Source of the DNA: an uncultured Verrucomicrobiae bacterium
Lineage (GTDB): Bacteria; Verrucomicrobiota; Verrucomicrobiia; Palsa-1439
Length of the DNA: 64,000 nucleotides
Direction of reading: 5' to 3'
NCBI GenBank assembly: GCA_963812605.1
Contig: CAWEWF010000001.1
Coordinates: 416,001-480,000, forward strand
Shown here: positions 37,513 through 47,890 of the stretch, one piece after another
Layout: every line of letters begins with the position of its first letter
Position numbering within the stretch: position 1 is the first letter of the stretch
Translations under genes and position numbers: made by a program
The notes under the pieces: model-generated
Database searches by the model: none
Told to the model about the DNA's origin: nothing
The model's input: only the letters and a program-made list of their open reading frames with translations

Positions 37513-38785
37513 CTACGCCTTTTTCGGGCAGCAGTGGAGGATGTCGTAGGGTTTGACGTTCCTTGGGGGTCGGGCCGGAGACGAGGTAAATGGCGTCGGT
37601 CAACTTTTCGACGCTGCGATGGTAATCCCAGCGGAGCATCGCGGTGTGCTGCACGACAAAGCGCGGATCGTCGTCGCGGAAACACGACACGCAACTCGGG
37701 TCGGGCAGGCCGACGAGGAATTCGTCCGTGCTGAGGTTGTGCGAGGTCGTGTTGTAGAAATCCTCGAAGAGGATGAAGGACGCGGCGAACGCGTGATCGA
37801 CATAGCTGATGGCTTGCGTCTGGCTTTCCTCGTTGCGCAGGCCGCGCGGCGCGACGGGCGTAATGCTGTAGAGATTGTCGAGGAGGTCTTCCATGATGTC
37901 GTCGAGCGAGTCATGCGACCAGTCCTTCAAGCGCTCCGAGTTCACCCCGTAGGTGAAGACCGAACCCTGGATGATCGCGCCGATGGCGATGCCGGGCCAG
38001 AGGGGCAACCGGTGCGAGGGCAGGTTGCGCGTGGGCGCGCGAAAAATTTTCGGGAACAACAGCGGCTTGATCTGCTTGTAGTTTTTCAGGTCGGGTACGT
38101 CGTCGCCGCAATAGTCGAGCAGGTTGATATGCGACTCGATCAAATCATCCATGCGGCTCGGTTCGAGCAGGTAATGATGATAGAGATGCTCGAGCAACAC
38201 CGTCTGCCCGTCCATGAGCGTCAACGCCAGGCCTTCGGGCGCGCGGGTCGCGAGTTGCGGACGCTGGTGTTTCAACAGGCTGAAGTAATAGTTGGTGAAA
38301 CTGGCCGTGTCGAGATGCGGTTCGTCGTGCAATTCCAGCGAGCTAATGATCTCTTCGAGGTCGTCATCGTCCACCCCGGCATCGTGGCTGCGGCAGCGAT
38401 AGAGACAGCGGACCTGGACGCGGCCGCGGCTGAAGATCCAGGCGCGGGTATGACCGAAATCGGCCAGGTGATCTTCGTCCTGCGGTTCGGTGCGGGTGTA
38501 AGTCATGTAGGCCAGTACGGAACCACTGCGGGAGCCGCGCTGAATGACCGGCTCCTCGATTTGTGGCCAGGAACGCTTCTCGCAGTCGAGGAGCGACTGC
38601 AGCGCGCGCTCCGGGCGCATTGCCTCGGGCGCGGGCTTTTCGAATTGGCAGGCTTCCACCTTCAGGTAGCCGCCGGTGGTCAGGCTGGCGAGGCTGACGT
38701 GCGGGGAGCCTTCATGGGTCAGCGGCAGCCACCCGTCGGGGTAACTGATCGTGTAATTCTTCTCAGGGTCACCGTACTCAGGCAT
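37513..38785 (-). CDS. Hypothetical protein (PsbP/DcrB-like N-terminus, DUF1444-like C-terminus); probable frameshift near 37560
   Basis: YTISYPDGW start; LLEHLY, LLFPKI, ASFIL, FLVGLPD; the alternative frame gives ...DVKPYDILHCCPKKA*. Confidence 0.55.
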
Positions 38786-38975
38786 GACCAGAGTAAAGCA
38801 GCCACCTTGCCAAGCCCGCCGCGACCCCGGTCACTCGCAAAATTGGGCCTTTGGTAGGTGGGGGAAGGGCTGAGAGACAGAATTGAACGCCCTGGATCAC
38901 AGGCGTGGGAAGGGCTGCAAAGCATTGACAGCCATTCTCGTTTCAAGAGATAAAGCCTGCGTTTACGGAGCAGGT

Positions 38976-41108
38976 ATGGGTCAGCGCGCATTCATTTTTG
39001 TTATGGCCGGTCAATTATTTGTCGCCGGCCTCATGCAGGGGGCTGATGTTGCACCGACGAACGCGCCGGTAGTCCTGCCTCCCATCAAGGTCATTGGGCA
39101 CCCGGGATCCCTGACCTCCCCATCGCCTGAGAAGTCAGAAGAGCAGAAGCAGCAAATCCCCGGAGGATTTACTGTCGAGGGCAGCGACGAGATGCATCAA
39201 GGTCGCGCCTCGAATTTTGAAGATTTACTCCAAGGGGCGCCCGGTGTAACCCTGCAAAGTGAGAATGGAGTGGAGGTCTCCAAGATCTCCATTCGTGGTT
39301 CGGGAATCGACTCGGCAGACGAACCACTGGGTGTGGAATTCCTGTTGGACGGGATCAGCTTCCAGCAGGGCGACGGCGAGGTCATCCTGGAAGACTTTGA
39401 CGTTAATACCATCCAGTATGCGGAAATATATCGTGGGGCGAACGCCTTTCAATACGGCGCGTTGACGCTGGGGGGGGCGATCAACCTTGTTCCTTATACC
39501 GGTCACACGGCGCCCCCGTATGAGGTCAGGCTGGAGGCCGGCAGTTACGGCTTTCTGCTCGGCCAAGCGAGTGCGGCCGGCGTGGACGGACCGTTCGACT
39601 ATTACACATCGGTGATGGGCCGGTATCGGGACGGGTATCGCGATCACAGCCGTGAAAACACGGAGCTTTCATTCAGCGATTTCGGATACAAGATCGACGA
39701 CAACCTTGAAAACCGCTTTTACCTCACCGTGGACCATACGGACCGTAAACTACCCGGCGCCCTGACCAAGCAAGAGATGAACCAGGACCCCACGGCTGCC
39801 GACCCGGATGCGGTGGCCCAGGATTTTAGCAAAGCGTGGACCTATTTCCGGTTCGCTGACAAAATCAGTTACTCAAAAGACGGCCAGCAACTCGATGCGG
39901 GATTGTATTGGTGGCACCGGGAAATAGAGGAAAAAGGTTTTTTTGCCACCAATGACTTCCAACAGGGCATTCAAGATTTCAACGCGGACAACGTCGGCAT
40001 CAACGCGGATGCCATCAGTCACAAGGACCTGTTTGGACAGCGGAATCTCCTGACCATGGGGATGATTGCCGCCACGGAACGCGAAGCCGATCACAATTGG
40101 GCGAATGAAGGCGGCGACAAGGGACCGAGCATCGCCAGCGACGTGGAACTATCCGTCAACGCGGTACTGTACGCGCAGAACCAGCACTATTTGACCGAAA
40201 AATTTTCGGCGGTGACGGGGGTTCAATTGGCCTACGCCCTGCGCGATTTCACCGATCTCTTCAACCATACACTGAGTGGAAACGAGTCGCGGACACAGGA
40301 TTTTTACGGTGTCAACCCCAAGGCCGGCCTGATTTACGAGTTCAACGACAAAGACCAGGCGTTCCTTAACTTTAGCGGCAGTTGGCAGCCACCGTCTTTT
40401 GATAACATGGTCAATTTCGGCGACGGGCCCGGTGTCAGCCTCGAAGACACAGGGCTCGAACCGCAACGAGCGTGGACCGTAGAGACGGGCACGCGCGGCG
40501 AGCAGGGTCGTTTCGACTGGGACCTGGCTCTCTATTATTCGTGGGTCCATAACGAACTGCTCGACGTTTTCGATGCGCTGGGCAACGACCGCGGCGATGT
40601 GAATATCAACCATACCTATCACGAAGGCATTGAAGCCGGGTTGGGCATCGAGTTGCTCAAATCTATTTTCGCCAAGGAAAAGGACGGGAAGCCGGGCGAT
40701 CAGCTCAAGCTGGAACAAACCTATACCCTGAACGACTTTCATTTCCAGAACGATCCCGTCAACCATAACAATCGACTTGGCGGAATCCCGATTCATTTTT
40801 ACGAAGCGGATTTGCAGTATGAAATGCCGAATGGTTTTTACGTCGGGCCGAACGTGCAATGGAATATCACCGCTTATCCTGTTGACCAGGCGAACACGCT
40901 TAACGCCAGTCCCTATACATTGCTCGGGTTCAAGATGGGAGTCCAGCGAGCCAAGGGATTCTCGATTTTCTTCCAAGGGGTCAACCTGACCGACCAACGA
41001 TATGCCTCCTCGGTGGATCCCATAGCGAATGCAACGGGCTCGGCCCCGCAAGTGTTTCATCCGGGTGACGGACGCTCCTTCTACGGGGGTATTTCCTACG
41101 CGTGGTGA
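38976..41108 (+). CDS. TonB-dependent receptor
   Basis: Signal peptide; plug motifs DLLQGAPGV, ISIRGSG, EIYRGANA...YG...LGGAINL; C-terminal GRSFYGGISYAW. Confidence 0.92.
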   Translation: MGQRAFIFVMAGQLFVAGLMQGADVAPTNAPVVLPPIKVIGHPGSLTSPSPEKSEEQKQQIPGGFTVEGSDEMHQGRASNFEDLLQGAPGVTLQSENGVEVSKISIRGSGIDSADEPLGVEFLLDGISFQQGDGEVILEDFDVNTIQYAEIYRGANAFQYGALTLGGAINLVPYTGHTAPPYEVRLEAGSYGFLLGQASAAGVDGPFDYYTSVMGRYRDGYRDHSRENTELSFSDFGYKIDDNLENRFYLTVDHTDRKLPGALTKQEMNQDPTAADPDAVAQDFSKAWTYFRFADKISYSKDGQQLDAGLYWWHREIEEKGFFATNDFQQGIQDFNADNVGINADAISHKDLFGQRNLLTMGMIAATEREADHNWANEGGDKGPSIASDVELSVNAVLYAQNQHYLTEKFSAVTGVQLAYALRDFTDLFNHTLSGNESRTQDFYGVNPKAGLIYEFNDKDQAFLNFSGSWQPPSFDNMVNFGDGPGVSLEDTGLEPQRAWTVETGTRGEQGRFDWDLALYYSWVHNELLDVFDALGNDRGDVNINHTYHEGIEAGLGIELLKSIFAKEKDGKPGDQLKLEQTYTLNDFHFQNDPVNHNNRLGGIPIHFYEADLQYEMPNGFYVGPNVQWNITAYPVDQANTLNASPYTLLGFKMGVQRAKGFSIFFQGVNLTDQRYASSVDPIANATGSAPQVFHPGDGRSFYGGISYAW

Positions 41109-41158
41109 AGGTTTTGAGGATTGATTCGGACGTTCCCTTTGCGTAGGCTGGCCGCATC

Positions 41159-41764
41159 ATGAGCAAGGTCATTCGCGGGAAAGCTTTCGTTGTGCGGGAC
41201 AATATCGACACCGATCAGATCATCCCGGCCCAGTATCTGAACCTCGTGCCCACGATTCCCGAGGAATACGAGAAACTCGGCAGCTTCGCGCTCTGCGGGC
41301 TGCCGAAAGACCAGTACCCGACCCGTTTCATTCCCGAAGGCCAGACCCGGTCGCCCTACACCATTGTCATCGGCGGGCGCAATTTCGGGTGCGGCAGTTC
41401 GCGCGAGCACGCGCCGATTGCGCTGGGGGCGGCGGGCTGCGAGGCGGTGGTGGCGGAAAGTTTTGCGCGCATTTTTTTCCGCAACAGCGTGGCGACGGGC
41501 GAGCTTTACCCGGTGGAAGCGACGGCGCGGATTTGCGAGACGGTGAAAACGGGCGACGAGGTGGAACTGGACCTGGATGGGAACACGTTGAAGATCCTCG
41601 GGACCTCGAAGGTCCTCGCGACCAAGCCGCTGGGCGAAGCGCGGCCGGTGATCGATGCGGGCGGGCTCTTCGATTTCGCGCGCAAGAGCGGGATGATCCA
41701 CGCACAGGGCAACCACTCGAAAGCGACCGAAGAGTTGGCCGCGAAAGAGCCGGCCGACGATTAA
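41159..41764 (+). CDS. leuD: 3-isopropylmalate dehydratase small subunit (LeuD/HacB family)
   Basis: DNIDTDQIIPA, GRNFGCGSSREHAP, ESFARIFFRN. Confidence 0.88.
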   Translation: MSKVIRGKAFVVRDNIDTDQIIPAQYLNLVPTIPEEYEKLGSFALCGLPKDQYPTRFIPEGQTRSPYTIVIGGRNFGCGSSREHAPIALGAAGCEAVVAESFARIFFRNSVATGELYPVEATARICETVKTGDEVELDLDGNTLKILGTSKVLATKPLGEARPVIDAGGLFDFARKSGMIHAQGNHSKATEELAAKEPADD

Positions 41765-41782
41765 GAGGAGACGCACGCCACC

Positions 41783-43591
41783 TTGCGCGGCCTTACCTTG
41801 CTTTTTCTGGGCGCCTTCCTGGCCGCCACCTCGTTGTTCGCGGCGGAAGTGAAGCTGAAGGACGGCACCGCCTATCACGATGTGAAAATCCTGGAACGTA
41901 CCGACCAGTACGTCCGGATCACCGTGCCGTACGGAGAGATGAAGCTGCCTCTCGGCAAGGTGGAAAGCATCGACGGCAAGGCGGTCGTGGAAACCGCGCC
42001 CACCAGCGACAAGGCCCAACTGGCCAATGCGATTCCGCCTCCGCCGCCCCCGTATGTACATCGTTGGACGATGGATATTTTTCTGCTGGGAATGTGGTTG
42101 GTGATGATGACATGGATCATGGCGCTGCTCTGGGTTCAGCACGATGCTCGCGGGATGCCTGAGGAAATCAGGCGCGCCAATGCCAATGTGCTGCTGGTGC
42201 CATTCCTCGGCTTCCTGAAGTACTTGTTCATGCGCCGCCGCCATCGTGGCAACGATGAGGCGCCAGCGCAGTCGCTGGAGGGGCGCGTAGCCGGGGTGGG
42301 GATCGATGAGGTCCCGAAAAAGCGCGGACTCTTCGGTGGTCGCACCAAGAACGCCAGCAACCGGGGGGCCCGAAAGCAGCGTGTCGGGATCGAGTTTCTT
42401 GACGTGGGTGGCCAGATGATCGACATCCGCCAGGATCTGCCGGAGATGACCGGTATCGAGGCAGCCCGTGAGGTGTTGGCGGATGCGATCACGGAACGCG
42501 CCAGTGACATTCACCTGGAACCGCAGGGAGACGGGTGCCGCGTGCGCTTTCGCGTCGATGGCACGCTGCAGGAACGGATGACGTTTACCAAAGTAGATGG
42601 AACGCGGGTGGTGGCGGCGCTCAAGACGCTGGCGCAGATCGACGTAGCGGAGAAGCGCAGGGCCCAGGATGGCCGATTTCGCGTCCGAGCCGGGACCGAC
42701 CTGGTTGATTTCCGCGCGGCCACCGCCAACGGTATTCACGGTGAGAAATTGGTGTTGCGCATCCTCGACCGGAGGAGCGGGGTATTGGGCCTGACGGAGC
42801 TGGGCATGCCCCCGGAAATGCTGGAGCGGTTCGATCGCGTCATTCATTCGCGCAATGGCATCATCCTGGCGACGGGTCCCACGGGGGCGGGCAAGACCTC
42901 GACGCTGTACGCGGCCTTGAGCCGGCTGGACCGGAATGCGCTGAATATCATGAGCATTGAGGATCCGGTGGAGTACGAACTGGAGGGCACGACACAGATT
43001 CCCGTGAATGTGAAGGCGGGAGTCACCTACGAGGCGGGGCTGCGCTCGATTCTGCGGCAGGATCCCAATGTGATTTTTGTGGGCGAGATGCGCGACACGG
43101 AGGCGGCCACGATCGCGATCCGCGCGGCGTTGACCGGGCACCTGGTGTTCAGTTCCCTGCATTCCAAGGACGCCGTCGGAACCGTTATTCGGTTGGAAGA
43201 GATGGGCGTGGAACGTTACCAGATTTCTTCGGCGCTGCTGATGGTCGTGGCCCAGCGGCTGGTGCGCGTGCTCTGCAAGAAATGCCGCAAGGCGTATGCC
43301 GCGACGGGGACTGAATTGAGCGAGATCGGCATCCAGGTGGAGCCGGGCCGCCGTCTTTATAGCGCGATTGGATGCGGAGCGTGTGATAATACCGGCTACC
43401 GGGGGCGAACCGGTATTTTCGAGTTGCTGGTGATGGACGAGGAACTGCGCAAGGCAGTGAACGACGGGGCGAACGAACAAGTTATGTCAGAGATCGCCTC
43501 GCGAAAGGGCCTGCGGTCCTATCGCGAGGATGGCCTCGACAAAATCCTTAACGGCATTACGTCGGTGGAAGATGTGATCCAGGCGAGTTGA
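41783..43591 (+). CDS. GspE/PilB-family secretion ATPase with an exported, membrane-anchored N-terminal extension
   Basis: RASDIHLEP, RFRVDG, QDGRF, Walker A GPTGAGKT, EDPVEY, LRQDPNVIFVGEMRD, TGHLVFSSLH, CxxC...CxxC; signal peptide plus two TMs at the N-terminus. Confidence 0.9.
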   Translation: MRGLTLLFLGAFLAATSLFAAEVKLKDGTAYHDVKILERTDQYVRITVPYGEMKLPLGKVESIDGKAVVETAPTSDKAQLANAIPPPPPPYVHRWTMDIFLLGMWLVMMTWIMALLWVQHDARGMPEEIRRANANVLLVPFLGFLKYLFMRRRHRGNDEAPAQSLEGRVAGVGIDEVPKKRGLFGGRTKNASNRGARKQRVGIEFLDVGGQMIDIRQDLPEMTGIEAAREVLADAITERASDIHLEPQGDGCRVRFRVDGTLQERMTFTKVDGTRVVAALKTLAQIDVAEKRRAQDGRFRVRAGTDLVDFRAATANGIHGEKLVLRILDRRSGVLGLTELGMPPEMLERFDRVIHSRNGIILATGPTGAGKTSTLYAALSRLDRNALNIMSIEDPVEYELEGTTQIPVNVKAGVTYEAGLRSILRQDPNVIFVGEMRDTEAATIAIRAALTGHLVFSSLHSKDAVGTVIRLEEMGVERYQISSALLMVVAQRLVRVLCKKCRKAYAATGTELSEIGIQVEPGRRLYSAIGCGACDNTGYRGRTGIFELLVMDEELRKAVNDGANEQVMSEIASRKGLRSYREDGLDKILNGITSVEDVIQAS

Positions 43592-44160
43592 CCATGGTCG
43601 AAGTCATCCTGAGCATTCTGGCAATTGTGCTGATCCTGTCCCTGGCGTGGGGCGGGGCGTGGTTCGGCGTATTTTATGAACTGTCGAGTTCGTTATTGCT
43701 GTTTTTCGCGATGATGGTGGCCCTGCGCTATTGGTATGAGTTGGCGAGCTGGATCGAGTCGGTGATGCCGGGGGCGGGCAGCTACGGCGCGTTCGGCGCG
43801 TACTGGGCGCTGTTTTTGGTGGGGTGCGCGCCGCTGATTGTCGTGCTCAAACGGGTCACGGATGAGGTGGCGCCGCGTTACCCGAGAACCATCGATAAGA
43901 CGTTGGGCTTTGTCTTTGGTTTTATCTCCGCCGCGATCCTGGTTTGCTGCGTGATGACCAGTCTTTCCGTCGTGGTTCCAACCGTTTGGGAACCATATAA
44001 CCACGAGGCCTTGCTGTTGCCACTCGACCAATTCCCGATTGCGGTCTACGAGTACGTTGAGGAGCAGGTGCTCGGCATTCCGAAGACCGACCCGGGTCAT
44101 ACGCGGTTTCCAACATTCGAAAAGGCGGACGCAAACAAGTTCCAGGACTACTGGCAATAA
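43588..44160 (+). CDS. CvpA (colicin V production)-like membrane protein
   Basis: Four TMs; GAWFGVFYEL, IDKTLGFVFG; overlaps the ATPase stop. Confidence 0.65.
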   Translation: MTMVEVILSILAIVLILSLAWGGAWFGVFYELSSSLLLFFAMMVALRYWYELASWIESVMPGAGSYGAFGAYWALFLVGCAPLIVVLKRVTDEVAPRYPRTIDKTLGFVFGFISAAILVCCVMTSLSVVVPTVWEPYNHEALLLPLDQFPIAVYEYVEEQVLGIPKTDPGHTRFPTFEKADANKFQDYWQ

Positions 44161-44171
44161 GTCACGGGTCG

Positions 44172-45350
44172 CTAGGCTTTGGTCAACCGGGAAAGCAAAT
44201 AGACCGCCACGAGCCCGGCGACAACCAGCACCCACCATTTTTCCTTGATCCAGTCGATGATGCCACTGAGCACGGGGGGCGCATCGGCGGTAATGGGTGT
44301 CGAGGGCGTGGAAACAGTGGGGGCCGTGGAGACCGTCGCCGTTCCGCCCTCGTTAATTCTGATTTTGAACGCAGCCGCTTGCGCCTGCAACGCGGTCGCC
44401 CGCTGCTGCACCTCGACCAACAGGCGCTGGAGTTCCACCACGCGGCTTTGCGCGGAACTGAGGTCGTTTTGCGCCCGGTTGAGCGCGTTTTGATTCTGGA
44501 AAACCTGCTGGGAATTTCCCCCCATGGCATGATAGGTGGCGCCGCCATTCACTTCCTGTATCGAGCCGAGTGGTGGGGCGCTGTTGAGTGACTGCTTGAT
44601 GGACGCATTGGCCTGGGTGATGGCCTGCTGCGCCTGGGTGACGCGCTGTTGAGCGGAAGAAATGTCGTTGGGCAATTGCTGCAATTGGCGATTGAGGACA
44701 TCCAAAGATTGCTGGTAAGCGGAGGCCAACAGCACTTTTGCCTGCGAGACAAGACCCGTCTGTTCGGACATCGAGAGGATCGGCCGAAGTTGCTGGATGG
44801 CCAGTTCGGGATTGCCCCGCGCCAATGTCGCGCGGCCTTGTTGGAGCCATTGCGTGCCGCGTTCGAGGTCGATCTCGGCGGCGGGCACCCAGCGGCTATG
44901 GTACTTCGCCTTGCCGGCGTTGACGATGTCGCGCTCGGCGATCCATTGCGCGGCGCGCTCGATGATATTGGACGTATACGGCGAGTCGGGATGATCGGTA
45001 AGAAACTTCCGAAAACCGTTGTTGATGACCTGATCGTAGTACTCGGTCGTGTAACTGGTGGTCGGGTTGAGTTGATACTTTTGCAGGTTCTCGTAGTCGC
45101 GGTCGAGCTGCCGCTGGGCCTTTTCCTCGGGCGTCCAGCGGGTAATCCTGGCGACGTCCGACTTGCTGATGTGGCGGGTTTGGGTGATCGTCCCGCCGGC
45201 GAATTCCAGCAGGATCGCAACCGTCGAATCGTCCTCGGCCACGATCTCGCCCTCCAGTTCGGTGCCGTCCTTGAGCTTGACGGTGTCGGCCCGAGCGCAA
45301 AACGCGGCCAGCAGACCGGCGGCCAGTATCAACCAGCAACAAGTCCGCAT
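44172..45350 (-). CDS. Hypothetical exported protein with coiled coil and C-terminal TM anchor
   Basis: Signal peptide ...ARA-DTVKLKDGTELEGEI; Gln/Ala-rich heptads; WWVLVVAGLVAVYLL tail. Confidence 0.7.
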   Translation of the reverse strand: MRTCCWLILAAGLLAAFCARADTVKLKDGTELEGEIVAEDDSTVAILLEFAGGTITQTRHISKSDVARITRWTPEEKAQRQLDRDYENLQKYQLNPTTSYTTEYYDQVINNGFRKFLTDHPDSPYTSNIIERAAQWIAERDIVNAGKAKYHSRWVPAAEIDLERGTQWLQQGRATLARGNPELAIQQLRPILSMSEQTGLVSQAKVLLASAYQQSLDVLNRQLQQLPNDISSAQQRVTQAQQAITQANASIKQSLNSAPPLGSIQEVNGGATYHAMGGNSQQVFQNQNALNRAQNDLSSAQSRVVELQRLLVEVQQRATALQAQAAAFKIRINEGGTATVSTAPTVSTPSTPITADAPPVLSGIIDWIKEKWWVLVVAGLVAVYLLSRLTKA

Positions 45351-45357
45351 GGACGTT

Positions 45358-45705
45358 TTATCGAGCGCGGCGAATTTGGATCGAGACATACTGACTGCGC
45401 GGGAGGCTGAATTTTTTTACCTCGACGGTCACCACGTGGGCCATCTGGCGGGTGAGGATCGTCTCGGCGATTTCATGGGCGACCGCCTCGACCAATTTCC
45501 GCGGCCGTTTCGCGATCACCTTGCGGATCAGGTCGGCGACAATATCGTAGCGGGTCGTGGAGGCTTCGGCGTCCCGGCGTCCGGCTTCGGTGAGGTCGCG
45601 TTCCATTTCCACCGTAACGAGCAGGCGCTGGGCCTGCGCGCGCTCGGATTCCGTCACGCCGATGTGCGCGTCCACTTCGAGGTCCTTGATGACGATCTTA
45701 TCCAT
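45358..45705 (-). CDS. folB: Dihydroneopterin aldolase
   Basis: MDKIVIKDL...HIGV...ER...Q; Y; LVEAVA; VEVKK. Confidence 0.88.
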   Translation of the reverse strand: MDKIVIKDLEVDAHIGVTESERAQAQRLLVTVEMERDLTEAGRRDAEASTTRYDIVADLIRKVIAKRPRKLVEAVAHEIAETILTRQMAHVVTVEVKKFSLPRSQYVSIQIRRAR

Positions 45706-46339
45706 GCAGCGCCTCCTGCTCGATGAGGAATTGTTGCAATTCGCCGAGATCCTCGCAAATCAGGTCGGGTCCCATCGCACGCAGCTTTTCCGCGGGATTG
45801 TACCCGGTCAGCACCGCGCAGGTGTGGATGCCGCCGGCCTGGCCGGCCTCGATGTCATGCTCCATATCGCCGACAAACATCGTCTCGGCGCGGTCGAGTT
45901 GGTTCTCGTCCAGGATGCGGTGGATCGTCAACGTCTTGTCGACAATGCCGATGTAGGGCCGGGTGATGAAGGGCCCGATGCCGAAACGGGCCATCTGCGT
46001 TTCGTAGGTGTGTGCGTCGACGGTGCTGGCAACATATACGCCGATGTGTCGCTCCCGGCAAAAGCGCAGGAACTCCCGCGTGTGCGGCAGGACGGTGATG
46101 TCGGCGTGGTGGTTCGGATACTCCGCGAGAAAAATCTGTTCCAATTTCGCCTGTGGCACGTGGGGGACGCGCGGCTCGTAGAATTTTCGGATCGGCAGAC
46201 AAAATTCCGCGCGGAACTGCGGTAGGGACAGCGGCGGCAAGCCGCAAAACTCCAGCACGTGGTTCGTGGTCTTCACCACCGGCAACAAATCGTCAACCAG
46301 CGTGCCCGACCAATCGAGAATGACGTTGCGAATGATCAC
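45698..46339 (-). CDS. HAD-family hydrolase
   Basis: ILDWSGTLVD (atypical motif I), FVGDMEHDIEAG, VLTGY. Confidence 0.8.
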   Translation of the reverse strand: MIIRNVILDWSGTLVDDLLPVVKTTNHVLEFCGLPPLSLPQFRAEFCLPIRKFYEPRVPHVPQAKLEQIFLAEYPNHHADITVLPHTREFLRFCRERHIGVYVASTVDAHTYETQMARFGIGPFITRPYIGIVDKTLTIHRILDENQLDRAETMFVGDMEHDIEAGQAGGIHTCAVLTGYNPAEKLRAMGPDLICEDLGELQQFLIEQEALHG

Positions 46340-46418
46340 CCCACAAGGGTATCACAAAGGCCCCAGACGGCGGATAGGAAAAGACAGGACTTCCATCGGC
46401 CGTCGCTTGCCCATCCGC

Positions 46419-46748
46419 CTACGGTTTACGGCGCGGGCCGGTTGCGCGCTGGGCGAGGCGCTCGGTTTTGCGTTTGCGCAGGCGGCGTTCGATTTTTCCC
46501 TCGACCACATCGAGCGCGCTGATGACATCGGCGCTGGATTCCTGCGCGCTGAGTTCGGCGCCCGGTATCTCGACGAGAACACGGACGATGTATTGACGCG
46601 GCGAAGCGTGCGCGCTGATTTTCCGCAGATTCACGCGCGCCCGCACCGCGCGCGGGGCGTATTGTTCGACGCGGCCGATTTTTTCATCGACGGCATTTTT
46701 GATGGCTTCAGTGAGAGTGACCCCGTCGGCTTGGACCAGAATATCCAT
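46419..46748 (-). CDS. hpf: Ribosome hibernation promoting factor (HPF/RaiA)
   Basis: LTEAIKNAVDEKIGRV, ISALD...KIERRLRKRK. Confidence 0.8.
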   Translation of the reverse strand: MDILVQADGVTLTEAIKNAVDEKIGRVEQYAPRAVRARVNLRKISAHASPRQYIVRVLVEIPGAELSAQESSADVISALDVVEGKIERRLRKRKTERLAQRATGPRRKP

Positions 46749-46840
46749 TCCCTGTCTCCCTTGCTTGGTGGTTGAATTTACTTACTGGAAACTTATCACG
46801 GAACCCCCAATAGACAACCGAGAGGACGCAGATTAATTCA

Positions 46841-47890
46841 TCAGTAGGGACTTTGCGTGTCCTCCGCCGGCGGCACTTTGCCCTCGTAATGCCGGTGGAT
46901 GAAGAAAAAATAGCCAATGGTCAATATCAGCGCGAGGGGCCACCAGACGAGCGCGATGGCCAGCCCGTGTCCCGTGGCTGCGCCTTCATACGCGGTGAGT
47001 GAATCTTTTGTAGCCAGCGTGGAGCGAAGCATCACGGGAAAAACGCCGGCGGCTCCCGCGATCATCAGGCCCGCCAGGAACGCGCAGGAACCCCTGACGG
47101 CGCGTTTTTCCCGGTGGCTTCGCAAGCCGGTGAATACAGCCAACAAGCCGCCAAGGACGCAAGCCACACCGAGCCAGGCAAATGGCTGACGCAGCATCCC
47201 GGGAAACAAATCCGGTCGCACGTAGCATGACTCCGCGGTAATCACCACCAGCAAGACGAGAACGGTTTTCCAGAGCGGCCCGGCGAGCTGTTTGCTCCGG
47301 GTGTGAACGGGGCCGTCCGTCTTCAACACGAGGGCTGCGGCGCCGTGGGCGGCGAGCGTGATGAGGGTGAAGACTGCGACCGAAACCGTGTACCAGTCCA
47401 GGATCCCGACATGACCGTGCACGCCGAAATTGGTGAAGAAGGACAGGGTGAACCGACCGTGCGCATCGAGCGGGACCCCGCGTACGACGTTGCCCAGTGC
47501 GGCGCCGATGAGAATGGCGAGCAGGACATTGGCGGCCACGAAACAGAAATGCCACCCGGTTCGCCAGAGCGGATCGTCGATGTGGCCACTTACTTCATGG
47601 GACACGCCTCGCAGCACCAGCGACCAGAGCAGGAGGAAAAATGCCAGGTAGAACCCCGCGAAGGCGGACGCAAGGACTGAGGGAAAAGCGACGAAGAGCG
47701 TGCCGCCAAAAGCGACGAGCCACACTTCGTGCATGCTCCAGAGCGGACCAATCGCGCGGATGACCAACCTTCGTTCCGCGTCCGTTTTGCCGACGATGTA
47801 TTGCAACATTCCCGCGCCGATGGCGAAGCCGTCGAGAATGATAAACATGACGAGCATGAACGACAGGATGGCGTACCAGGTTTCAATCAT
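46841..47890 (-). CDS. cydB: Cytochrome bd ubiquinol oxidase subunit II
   Basis: ILDGFAIGAG, IGPLW...EVWLV...GG...AFP, LRGVS, GNVVRGVP. Confidence 0.93.
   Translation of the reverse strand: MIETWYAILSFMLVMFIILDGFAIGAGMLQYIVGKTDAERRLVIRAIGPLWSMHEVWLVAFGGTLFVAFPSVLASAFAGFYLAFFLLLWSLVLRGVSHEVSGHIDDPLWRTGWHFCFVAANVLLAILIGAALGNVVRGVPLDAHGRFTLSFFTNFGVHGHVGILDWYTVSVAVFTLITLAAHGAAALVLKTDGPVHTRSKQLAGPLWKTVLVLLVVITAESCYVRPDLFPGMLRQPFAWLGVACVLGGLLAVFTGLRSHREKRAVRGSCAFLAGLMIAGAAGVFPVMLRSTLATKDSLTAYEGAATGHGLAIALVWWPLALILTIGYFFFIHRHYEGKVPPAEDTQSPY

Noticed and set aside
41096-43480. 794-aa minus-strand ORF
   Set aside because: Antisense shadow of leuD and the GspE-like gene in GC-rich DNA; no motifs.
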